The notes under the pieces: generated by a model
Told to the model about the DNA's origin: nothing
What the model saw: only the letters and a program-made list of their open reading frames with translations
The model's database searches: none
Position numbers and translations under genes: made by a program
NCBI RefSeq assembly: GCF_009914755.1
Contig: NC_060931.1
Strand: one strand, 5' to 3'
Length of the DNA: 64,000 bases
DNA from: the human T2T-CHM13v2.0 reference genome, Homo sapiens
Shown: positions 1 through 11,738 of the stretch, one piece after another
How the letters are laid out: every line of letters starts with the position of its first letter
Numbering within the stretch: the stretch's first letter is position 1

Positions 1-1774
1 ACACTCACTCACCACTGTGCCTTCTCACTGTTCCTAGATTTATTCCAGTTGTTAAGCATTCATAGCCATTTATCTGTGCATCTGATGCCCTGATGTTTTT
101 GCTGCAGATAAGAAGTGATGGAGTGAGCTGAGCTGCCAGGCTTCCTGGAGTGATTCTTGGATGCTGGGTCATGTGCTTAGGGGCCCCGATGTGACTGAAC
201 TGGAAGGAGCCAGAATAGGAGAGAACCCAGCCCCTGATGAATGGACACTTGTGGCCTGGCCTCATGACCACAGGACACACTGTTCCCAGGGCACAGACAC
301 ACTGGGCTTTGGTTGGATCTTGGCCTCCAAGTAGGGCCCTGGTGGGCAGCGGGCCGCGATTCCTGAGACACTACTGTGATTCTCGGTGGTGGCTGTGGTA
401 AAACACCTGCAGGGCTGGAGTTTAGTGTGAGATTCAGCAGGAACTGTGGCCTCTCCCAGTGACAATGTGTCACTCCCACTCACCAGCACCCATGCCCACA
501 GGCCACAGCCTCTGCCTCACCAAACCCCCACCAAGTCGCACATCTATGGAGCAGCTCCCATGCAGCAGAGTCAGGTTCTTACCTCCACCTCCAGGGCACA
601 GACAGGGGCAGCTCTGTCTCAATGTAAGGCCATGGGGAGAGCTGAGGACCTGGACCAGGCTGGGGGCCACCCCCTTACCTGAGCAGGCCTCAGGGAAGGA
701 CCAGCCCCATCCTCATCTGACCCAGGTCTCAGCCCAGGAGCCCACATAGGGAAGAAAGAACAGACAGGGCCTCCACGCTGGCTGACACTCAGGAGGGGCC
801 GGGGCAATGGAGCAGAGGGAGCACAGGGCCAGGCAGAGGCTGCTCAGGATCCATGGGGGCTCAGGCTGCACAATGGGGCTGCCCCTCCTGGGCTGCAGGC
901 AGCATCCCCTATGGGAGCTGAGAAAGTCCAGTCCTGAGATGGGACACGGCTGCCCAGAGGTGTGTGGTTGGGCCCTGACAGCAGTCTCCCAAAATGTGAC
1001 TATATTGCCAGGCTCAGTTCCAGGCAATGCTGAGAAGTGCCCAATACAGCGAGGATGCACCTGGAGCCCATCCTGTCTAATGGACTCTGATCATCCCGCA
1101 TCCGCTTGCCTCTCCTGCATATCGGCCACCACCCCTTCTCTTTTCCTCATTTCTCCATCGTGTCTGACCCAGAGGCTGTGACCCTCTCTCCAGCCCCAGT
1201 GGCCCTTCTTTTCCCTTGTCCTGTCAGAGGCCCTGAGCAAGACTTCCCAGATCCAGCCACATGCCTGGCTGGTCCACTTACTAATTGTGTTGCTCTGCAC
1301 TGCTGGGGTGGTGCCAGAGGCAATGAGGGTGACTGAGGGCCCCACAGGTGTCCAGCTTTGCCATTTACCCCACCCCTAGCCTCAGGGGGTTCTCATGGCT
1401 GTCAGCCAGCAGCCCTGGCTTGGGGCACCTGGCTGTCCTCCTCCCACTGTTCTGACTCAGCCTCACCCACCTGTCCTCTGTCCGTGGTGCTGACCAAGCC
1501 AGCAGGTAGCAGGTCCCCAGAGGGTACAGCTGGGCTTTGGGGACCCACAGAGGCTCCTCTGCTGAGGGGTCCCAGGTGAGTCACTGCCCCTGGTTCTACA
1601 TCATCTGCTGTCCTCTTCAGCATCATCCACCCCACCCCAGGCCGGCTCCATGCAGATGCATCCCCGAGTCACCAGTCTCAGGGCCCTCTGTTGTAGGCTG
1701 GAGATTACTGTACCTTCTGTACACATTCATATTTATTGTGTGAAATAAAGTATAGAAGCTAAAGTAAATGAGGA

Positions 1775-2900
1775 CTTTGGTTTGCATTTTCCTGATGATC
1801 ACTGATGTTGAGCACTTGTTAGCCATTTTTATATCTTTTTTAAGAGATAAATATCTATTCAGGTTCTTTGCTTGTTTTTAAATCAGGTTATTAGATTTTG
1901 GTGAGTTTTCTCTCTTCTTTTCTATTCAGTTGTGTGGCTTCTTATGTATTTTGATTTTCACCCCTTATGAGGTATATTGTTAACAAATATTTTCTCTGAG
2001 GTCATAAGCTGCTTTTTAATTTCATTGATTGACTTCTCCTGTGCAGAAGCTTTAGGGTTAGATATACTCCTACTTGTATTTTTGTTTTTTGTTGCTTGTG
2101 TTTTTAATGTCGTATTTAATAAATTAGTATCTGAACCAATGTCAGGGAGCATTTGCCCTGTGTTTTCTTCTAGGAGTTTTACAGTTTCTGATTAAATACC
2201 AATGGGATATCACCTCCCATCTCTTAGGATGGCTGTTATAAAAAGGACAAGAGATAACAAGTGTTGGTGATGGTGTGGAGAGAAGGGAACCTTTGTACAC
2301 TGCTGGTTAAAATGTAAGTTAGTACAGCCATTATGGAAAACAGTATGAAAGTTCCTGAGAATCTAAAAATAGAACTACCATATGGCTCAGCAATCCCTCC
2401 TATGAATTATATATCAACAGGAAATGAAATCAGCATCTGATAGAGATATCTTCACTCCCCTCTTCTCCGTGCCCCACCACAGCATTGCTCCCAACAGCCA
2501 AGCCATGGGATGAAGTTACTGTGCATTGATGGATGAGTGGAGAAAAGAAAATGTGGGGGAGGTGTTTGTGCATGTATGTGTGTGTGTGTATAATATATAA
2601 TAATATAATATTTTTCAGCTTTTAAGAAGTTGAAGATACTGCCATTTGTGATAACATAAATGAATCTGGAGGATATTAAGCTAAGTAAAATAACTTAGGG
2701 AGAGAGAAAAATACTGCATAATTTCTGTTACATATGAAATCTTTAAAAAGGTTTAATACATAGAGACATGATAGAGTGATGATTTGGGGGATAAGAGACA
2801 CAAGTCAACGTTTCAGTTATATAAAATAAATGAATCTAGAGGACTAAAGTACAATTTAAAGGTTATAGTTACTATTTTTATATTATATACTAGTGATTTT
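1775..2900. mobile_element. Old L1 (L1MA-like) 3' portion with internal inversion: 1775-2194 antisense, 2195-2900 sense
   Basis: ORF 1958..2152(-) reads like L1 ORF2 (NTTLKTQATK..SINEIKKQLMTSEKIF). The sense part continues with gatatcacctc..ggatggct..gataacaagtgttgg and L1 3'UTR-type sequence. Confidence 0.8.
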
Positions 2901-3554
2901 TGAACAGGGTAAACTTTAGGTGCTTTGACACCAAAAGGAAACTACATGAGTTCATGTATATGTTAAATTGTTTGACCGCAGTCATCATTGATATGTATAT
3001 GTATATATATATAATTATGGGCTCATTAAATTTAAATGCTATAAATAGGTAACAAAGAATAAAGTTAATTGAAAAACTGCATCATTAGACTTGATTTTGC
3101 CTACATGAAAAACTGAAACTGCCTCCTAAATATTAATATTTGTACATCGCATAAAGTTTATATGTTGGAAATATGTTTAAAGAAAAGGAATTATAAATTT
3201 TAATAAACACAGAATGACACAGTAAATGCAAAACAGTAGAAAGAGATGAAAATCTGATTAATCAGAGTGGTTAATGCTTAGATATAATTAATGATGTGTT
3301 AGGAGCAATTTCAAGCCACTTCCACATAGATTTAATACCAAAGAGTTTATGTGTACACAGAGATTAAATAAAAAAATACATTTACAATGATATTAATTGA
3401 TATTAAAATGATTATGAAATCAACTGTCTGCTATAGAAAAAATAGAGCATTAAGTAACTAGCAGTAAGTTTGAAACTTTGTTAGAAAGTTAATCAAGTGA
3501 AAAAGTGATCAGCATTTTTGAGCACTAAATAGAGGATGGACAAAATTTTCTTTT

Positions 3555-3866
3555 CTTTCTTTCTTTTTTTTTTTTTTTTGAGATCGAGTCTGTCTCTGTC
3601 GCCCAGGCTGGAGTACAGCGGCGCAATCTTGATCTCGGCTCACTGCAAGCTCTGCCTCCCGGGTTCACGCCATTCTCCTGCATTAGCCTCCTGAGTACCT
3701 GGGACTGCAGGCGCCCACAGCCATCCCTGGCTAATTTTTTGTATTTTTAGTGGAGACGGGGTTTCACCGTGTTAGTCAAGATGGTCACGATCTCCTGAGC
3801 TCATGATCCACCTGCCTCAGCCTCTTAAAGTGCTGGGATTACAGGCGTGAGCCACCGCACCTGGCC
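3555..3866 (-). mobile_element. Alu (AluY/S-like)
   Basis: polyT followed by the Alu reverse complement, ending gagccaccgcacctggcc. Confidence 0.95.
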
Positions 3867-5097
3867 TTTAATTTTCCAATACCAAGAAAATCATTTGATA
3901 TTGCAAGATTTTAAACCTAAATTAGTGTCTTTAACTTCACAAAGGTAGAAATCCTATAAGTAATGTTTCTTGAACACTTTAAAATGACAATAAAAACTAA
4001 AGTGTAACCAACAAGTAACATGTAGCCACATGCAAATTTCCTTTTAGATTGTTTTATTATTTTTTTAATTTTATGTGAATTTTTATTTTACTAGGTTTTT
4101 GGGGAACAGGTGGTGTTTGGTTAGAGGGATAAGTTTTTAGTGGTGATCTCTGAGATGTTGGTGCAGTGTACACTGTACCCAATGGGTAGCCTTTGATCCC
4201 TAAGATTGTTTTAAATGACATCTAGATTAAATAGAACATTCAAACTGACATTACTTTTACAGCACCAGAGAAATGCTAAGGAGGAAGCTTTGTGACTGAA
4301 ACCAAAAGACCTGAATTTATATATTTAATTTTACTAATTAACATTCTTAATTTTATAGAAAAACAGCAATTCTGCCCACATGCAGGAGTTATGCATTAAA
4401 GTGGAGCATGATCACTTCAGACATTTGTCCAAAACATAAAAATTCTTCCAAGTATTAAGAAAATATTTATACTTCACAGATATTGTTAGTGTATAATACA
4501 TGGGCATTGAGATGTTTCAAATGAGAAAAATTGAAATTTCTCATGGGGCATTGTTCTACACAAAATATTTATGTAAAATTTTTTACTCATATATGCATGT
4601 GGACATTTGATGTTTTAGCACAGAATAACATATTCTCAAAGGTCATTTAATGTAGTAAATTAAAAATCTTTAAAGTTTACAAGAATTTTAAAACTGCCCA
4701 GCAGAACTGGTAGAAAAATATGGGAGCTTCCCAGGACCAGAAGTGAATCAAGAGGCAAATTCACAGGAGTCATGAAAGTGAGAAGTTAGAGCTGCCTTCA
4801 GGTACAGCTCTGATTGCAGGGCTGATTACACAGACCTCAAGCCTGTGAAAATCGTCCACTCTGCCCCTTGGAATATACATACAGAGAAAATTACTAACTG
4901 GGGCATCCCAAATGTGAGATCTCTATAATGTAAGAACCAAATTGCAATTATGAAGCACACAAAAGAAGCTACCCAAAAAAGGGAAAGAAATTATACATCA
5001 CGTAAACTTCACAGATTGGAAACGTATTTAAAATAAGTAACACAAATAGGGAAAGAGAATATCAAAATAATTTTGAAAACACATGAAGTTCTAAAGC

Positions 5098-5382
5098 GGG
5101 CACTGGGGGCAGTGGCTCATGCCTGTACTCCCAAGCACTTTGCGGTGGCCAAAGCAGGAGGATCACTTGAGGCCAGGAGTTTGAGATCAGCCTGGGCAAC
5201 AAAGCAAAAGTTGTCTCTACAACAAATAGATATAAAAAAATAAGCCAGGCACAGTGGTGTGTGCTTGTACTGTCAGCTACTGGGGAGGTGGAGGTGAGAG
5301 GGTCTTTTGAGACTGGGAATTTGAGGTTGCAGTGAGCTATGACCACCACTGAACTCAAGCCTGGGTGACAGAGATTCTTTCT

Positions 5383-5433
<51 letters not shown>
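5098..5433 (+). mobile_element. Old Alu (AluJ-like) whose tail is a (CA)n microsatellite (5385-5433)
   Basis: Diverged Alu dimer followed by about 24 CA units. Confidence 0.9.
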
Positions 5434-5438
<5 letters not shown>

Positions 5439-6314
5439 AGGCATGTTTTGCAAAGACTCAAACAGAAATTGAACAACTGAAACTTAAATAAATTTAATAT
5501 ACAGTGTATGGTTTAATTATTAAACCAAGTTAATAACAACAGGATTAGTGAACTAGAATACTGAGATGAGTAAATAAAAGAACTACAGAAAAATGAAATG
5601 ATCACAATACAAAAATGAGTATACATGTACAAAGAATAAAATGAAATGAAATCAAATACATTGGTTTCACTAGCTTACATATAAATAACAAATCACATTA
5701 ATAACAAATATTTATAAATTTCTGAAACTGAATATCAGATGGGAACCCTTGAATGCAGAAGTGTATTGTGATTAATAGTGGCCTACCAATAAAAAATACT
5801 CAACAGAAATAAAAGTCAAACTGCATAACAGCAAAGAAAAGAAAAAATTTTAAAGCCATAAGAGAGAAAAGAAGAGAGAACCAATGAAGGTGAGAGCAAA
5901 GTCTTCACAGCCCGTGTTCAGTCAGAAAACAGAGAAATAAGTAAGAGTGCTGAGATAAGTCACTGTTCAACCAATAATTAGATACTTCACTAACATATTT
6001 TGAATAAGTGAGGATGCACTACATGATTTCCAAAAGTAAAAAAGTGGGAAATCTTATTACCAATATGAGCTTATTAAGAATACACTTCAAAAAGAAAAAA
6101 AATTTAAAATGGAGTTCAAGGAATCAAAATGAAATGCAAGAAACTGCAAACATATTGGGCTATCAAATCATGGTGGACAATGAACAAAAGGATCCATCAA
6201 GTCTTTGGCAGCATCAGTTTCCAAATGATTTACATAAAATAAAAGTGCTAAACTCTATACAATGTAATGAAATAAATTATCAAATCCTCTGATACTTGAA
6301 TAATTTAACTGATG

Positions 6315-7247
6315 TTAGAATCTCCTTTTCAGATAATTATTTTCATGGAAAAAAATATACAATACTTCTGTCTCATCATTTGCAGAATATCAATTATCCT
6401 TTTTTCAGAACTTATTAGCACCAAAGGGCTCACAGTGGCATAGGCCCTGGTCACAAGCCTCTGGACACCCAGGATGACTGAATCATATGTTTATATCAGA
6501 ATCAAGTAGGATGACAGAATCAAATCCATCTGGTACATAACCACAAAGAAACTCACCAACAGCAAGATGGTCTCGGAGGCCCTTTTTTCTGGAGAGACTC
6601 TTGGAGAGTCTGGTGCTGTGAAAGTGCTGGGATGGCCTCTCATGCCTGCACAAGAGAGTCACCATGTATGCACTGGAGAGCAGCATAATTCCCACAAAGG
6701 AGACATCTCTGGATAATGACAGAGTAGAAAAATAAGGCTCCAGATGATGGACTTCCTTGGGGAAATGAGGCAGTTTTATTGAGTGTCAGAAAACTGGTCT
6801 GAGTCATATTAAAATAAACCACAGTGTCAAAGATTATGTAACTACTGCAGGACAACTGAGGGACCATAAGAAGACAAGAATATATGAAATATGATTTGTG
6901 AATTTATGTTTAAACCTAACCAACCAGGAAGTGCTGGGGCTGATGGTGATGGCCTAGAGCGTGCTCAGGAGGCAGGTGGTGCAGACGCAGAGGTCCCTCA
7001 TCACCCTGCTCAGGTAGAAAAGCGTCTTACACTTGAAGTCAAAATGAAGGGACTCAAAAAGGTCTGGAGACACCAAGAACACAATGGTGAGCAGCATCAT
7101 GATGTGGACAAGGGCCAAGTGACTGGTGGTCAGGTCAGTGGGCTTAGGATCCAGAAGGAGCATCGTGGTACCAGAGAAAAGGAGGAAGATGTTGGCCAAG
7201 ACTCCAGTAACAGCTTGGGCAAAGAAGGCACTTTTGAATGATAACAT
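6315..7247 (-). pseudogene. VN1R28P: Vomeronasal type-1 receptor pseudogene
   Basis: MLSFKSAFFAQAVTGVLANIFLLF..KPTDL..HLALVHIMMLL..CKTLFYLSRVMRDLCVCTTCLLSTL*AITISP; later fragments LSSAYMVTLLCRHERPSQHFHSTRLS and RAYATVSPLVLISSEKRII. These are V1R motifs. In-frame stop at 6954 plus frameshifts. The family call is secure; the pseudogene number is from locus recall. Confidence 0.85.
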
Positions 7248-7967
7248 AAGTGGAAACTGTGTTCACTTTAATGGCAAAGAGGAAATATTTTATGTACCTG
7301 AAAAAATCAACCAATAAAACTTCCATCATCAATGTTACTTACTTCAGATTCAAAATTATCACCGTCATTATCATTTTAAATCCATCCATTTATTTTGATT
7401 AATGTTGATTATCACATATAAATTCTTAAACCTACAGCCTGATCATTATATGATAAACAAAATTATTAAGTTGATCGAACACCCACACATGCACAGTCAC
7501 ATCTGTAGAGGGCGCACATTATCTGTGCTCCTATAGTATCAAGGACACACTTCTTTATTAAGCATTTAGTTTTCACTTTTTGCATTCCTTCATTTAGTTT
7601 TCATCACCCAGAACTGTGACATGTATATAAAAATGAATCATGGGTGTTTGTAGAACAGAACTGAAGTAGATTTTGTGCTAATGGAAAAAGCAATCACCTG
7701 ATATATTTTGGAAAAAAATAATAATGCATTGAGTGGCTGTGATATCACATCAGTCTGACATCATGCTGAACATCACATTCATGCATGCAAAGTTTCATGT
7801 ATCCTGTAAAAATTATATAGCAGATACATAGCAGAAGATGTTCTTTTCAGATAGTTTGTGGTAGTAAAAAAAACTCCCTATTAGCAATTAGTGTAATAGG
7901 ATTAAACGTAATTTTATTATGGTCATCTACTAAAATCTTCTTAATGTGAAGTATTTTAAAAACCTTG

Positions 7968-8950
7968 GGAACGCGTCTGGCCGGCCCCGCCACGGGGCCG
8001 CGCGGGGACGCACACAGGTGGACGCGTGGACTGAGCCCGGGTGCCCATGGCCCGGGACACGACGGCCCAGCGGAGCCGCATGCCTCCCGCCGCGCCCGCG
8101 CGCAGCACAGACGGGCTGTCGCTCGCCTTCCTGCAGAGCCTGCGCACGCTGTTCCACATCCTGTACGACCGGCGGCGCGGTTGCGAGCACCTGCGCGAGA
8201 TCCAGTCCCGCTGGCAGGGCGCCAACGCGCGGGAGCTGGCCCGCGGGGTCCTGGAGGGCCTGCGCGAAGTGGCCCCGGCCAGCGGCTACCTGACCTTCGA
8301 GCGCTTCGTGGTCGGCCTGCGCACCGCGCTGCTGAGCGCCGACGGCGGCCCCCGGGACCCCACCCACGCCCCAGCCCGGCCCGGCCCGGGAACCAGCCGC
8401 CGCAGCGCCTGCTGTTCGCGCCGGCCGACGAGCCGCGGATGGTCCCGGAGAGGAAGCCCCTGCCCCTGGGCGAGCGCGCTTCTCTGGCTTGTCCCAGCCG
8501 CGCGGCCCGCAGCCCAGAGCAGCTGTGCGCCCCCGCCGAGGCGGCGCCCTGCCCCGTGGAACCGGAGCGGTCCCAGAGCGCGGTCCTGGAACAGAGCCCC
8601 AGCGCGGACGCAGGTGCAGCGACCTGCAGGGCCTTGGAGGCAGACTCAGGGGATGCCCCGCGGGGCCCAGCGCCCGAGGAGAACGTCAGAGGCACACCAT
8701 CACCAGCGGCGTGGACTGCGGCCTGCTGAAGCAGATGAAGGAGCTGGAGCAGGAGAAGGAGGTGCTGCTGCAGGGTTTGGAGATGATGGCGCGGGGCCGT
8801 GATTGGTACCAGCAGCAGCTGCAACGGGTGCAGGAGCGCCAGTGCCGCCTGGGCCAGAGCAGAGCCAGCGCCGACTTTGGGGCCACGGGGAGCCCCCGCC
8901 CACTGGGGCGGCTACTGTCCAAGGTACAGGAGGTGACCAGGTGCCTGGGG
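7968..8950. promoter_or_regulatory. CpG island carried in by the SAPCD2 retrocopy
   Basis: Very high GC and CpG density that starts abruptly at the 5' TSD, in AT-rich surroundings. Confidence 0.75.
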
Positions 8951-10380
8951 GAGCTGCTGGCTGCGGCCTGTGCCAGCTGGGCCCTGCCCACGTCCTCCGC
9001 CGGGCCCCCTGCTCTGCCCTAAGGTCAACCTCGTCCCCGGGCTGTCAGCAGCAGACCATCCTCATGCTGAAGGAGCAGAACTGACTCCTTACCCAGGAGG
9101 CGACCGAGAAGAGTGAGTGCATCACGCAGCTGGAGCAAGAGAAGTCAGCGCTCATTAAGCAGCTGTTTGAGGCCCGCGCCCTGAGCCAGCAGGACGGGGG
9201 GGCCTCTGGACCCCACCTTCATCTTGCTGGTGTGGGCTGAGCCGGCCCACGGGGCCAGCCTGGCACTCAGCCCTTCGGAGCGAGCACTCTGTCGCACCCA
9301 ACCTCTCTGGCTGGAGATCCCCGGCAGGCCCAGGCAGTCCCGGAATGGGCGCCTTCCTGCACCCCTTGCCATCCAGGCTCCCCGGGCCTGTCCCCGTCTG
9401 GCCCCCACACCGAGCCCTTGACTCGGTTTTGGCTTCCGGTGCTGACATGGGCTGAGGCTCTCTTGAGTCCGCATAGTCCGCAGCTACTATTGCCGCTGTC
9501 AGTGGACAGTGAGGGACCCCTCCACCAGTTACCAGATCTCTGGTCGCCCGGTTTCCAGCGGTGCTGCCCTGGGTCCCATCTCCAGGGAAAGGCACTGCTC
9601 ACGCCAGGCTGCACTTCCGATAACGGCCAGCAGAGGGCGCTAGACGGCACAGATGCGGCGCTGAGGCTGCGCCCCAGACCTGGGGGGTCCAAGGGCAGCT
9701 TACCCCCACCTCAACCAGGGCACCAGGACAAGGAGGCTGTCTCTCGGACGGGAGCAGATGGAGGGGATGGGGAAGGCCTCTAAGCGGGGGTTGCTCGCCT
9801 GGCAGGGAAGCCCCAGGGATGGCGGTCGGACTTCAGGTCCTGGCCAAGGCTGAGAGACTCTGGCTGCAGCAGATCCCGGAGCCGGGTGGACGAGAGCTTG
9901 GCTTGCTTGTGCCTCCCGCAGACCCCGCGGTGATGGTCTTCCTCATCCTGGCCAGGACGCTGCCCCACGTTGTGTCCCACAAAACAACCTGTGAACCTGG
10001 CTCCCCAGGAGGGCCCTGTCCCCAGGTGCCTGGGCCCCCACTTTCCAGGCGTGTCATAGGGAGAGTCTGTCACCCCCTCACTCAGGATTCTCTAGGTCTG
10101 GGGTCCTGCTCACCCCGCTTTCCTCCCACGCTCAGCCTGATCCCAGGTTTCATCCAGGAGGAACCACTTCTCTCAGCCAAGGAAAAGGAGAACCCAGCCA
10201 AGGTACAGGAGGAGGCTGGGACAGGTCCCCTTGGGTGTCACTCCCTGCCCCTGTGCCCAGGCCCACTCCCGCTGGTGCTGGGGTACGCACTGGTGGGGGC
10301 CTCATGCTCAGCCCAGCCTGGAGGGCCCCAGTGCCACCAGAGCCAGGGGCACGGCAATATCACGGATGGCTTCTGCAGCC

Positions 10381-10550
10381 CAGGGCCCCCAGTGCAGGTT
10401 CAGTGTGTGTGTGTGTAGGGGGGGGGGCGGGGTGCACAGGGTCCCTGATGCGGGGTCAGTGTGTGTGGGACGCAGTGCCCCCGATGCAGGGTCAGGGTGT
10501 GTGGGGCGCAGGGCCCCCGATGCAGGGTCAGTGTGTGTGGGGCGCAGGAT
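10381..10550 (+). repeat. 36-bp minisatellite (gggcccccgatgcagggtcagtgtgtgtggggcgca), about 4.5 copies
   Basis: Direct repeats are visible; ORF track shows 12-aa periodicity (PDAGSVCVGRSA). Confidence 0.85.
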
Positions 10551-11585
10551 CCCCTCGTGGCCAGGGCACTTTGGTGCACTGTCCCACAAGGCACCCCTGT
10601 CTCAGAGGAGGGGTCCTGGCAGCCAGCACGGCAACTCCCTTCTGGAACCCAGCTCCACGATAACCTGCCCACAGCAACCCCACAGAGCCACATCCCCTGC
10701 TGTACCCGGGCTGCAGAGGTGTCCCAGGACAGGCCCAAGCCAGACCAGCGTGCAGCTGTTTTCCTACCCTGAGGATGGGAGGGAGGCTTCCAGAGGACAT
10801 AAGAACGCCAGGCCTCAACCCTCCTGGGTGGGAAAGGGAGCGGGTCCTGAAGGCCTGTGTCCCACAGCGCCAGCACCAGGTGGACTGCAGTGCAGTGGAT
10901 GGGCCAGCGGCAGCCGGGGAGAAGCCCCCCGACATCAGCAGGCTGGGGTCTGCCCACCAGGGCCTCCCCACATCTGCCTTTGAGGGTGCCTGCCATGCCC
11001 TGGGGGATCCGGGCATCTTTACAGGACTGGAAGCAGAAGACAGAACAGTGTCTGTCCCAGGGTGACTTCATCAGGAGACCGCCCACATAGAGCTGGACCC
11101 CGCAGCTAAGGCAGAAATGTGAGACAGGCTGGCACCTCCCGGAAAACTGCCTCTCAGCCTTGGTGTTCCATGCAAGGTGAAAAAAATATGGGTCATCCAA
11201 GTTTACAGCTTGCAATCAGGCTAGTGTGTGGCCCTAGAGACCACGAGGGGAGAATTTAAAGTGGCCCCGGCTGGCACAGTCTAGGTGGCTGGCAGAGGCA
11301 CATGCGGACCCTGCCTGGAGCCTGCCCTAGTGACGCTGGGTGGGTCAGTCTCCTTGCAAGATGTGAGCAGCATCCCTGGCCTCTATCCATGAGGTGCCAG
11401 TAGCATGCGCGGGTACATACACGTGCATGCACACACAGTTATGACACCTAGAACTGTCTCAGGATGTCACAATGTGTCCCTGGAGGCAGAAGTGTCCCTG
11501 GTTGAGAATGAGCCCCAGAGGAAACAACCACACTAGGCCTCAGGATTTTGTGTTGATCAAGTTCCAAGGAAAATGAATATCTCAG

Positions 11586-11738
11586 TCGGCCGCGGTGGCT
11601 CACGCCTGGAATCCCAGCACCTGAGGCCAGGAGTTTGAGGCCAGCCTGGCCAATGTAGTGAGAGACCCCCCGCATATCTACAAAAAAAAAAAAAAAAAGA
11701 AAAAAGAAAGAAGGAAGGAAAGAGAAAAGAAAAGAAAA
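11586..11738 (+). mobile_element. Alu monomer fragment with A-rich tail, inside the retrocopied 3'UTR
   Basis: ggccgcggtggctcacgcctggaatcccagcac..ggccaggagtttgaggccagcctggccaa followed by an A/GA tail. Confidence 0.8.

Noticed and set aside
7847-8824. 325-aa minus-strand ORF and other long overlapping ORFs
   Set aside because: Antisense or alternative frames of the GC-rich SAPCD2 retrocopy, where stop codons are rare; no independent domain
9819-11215. 199-271 aa ORFs
   Set aside because: Lie in the retrocopied GC-rich 3'UTR and minisatellite; low-complexity translation
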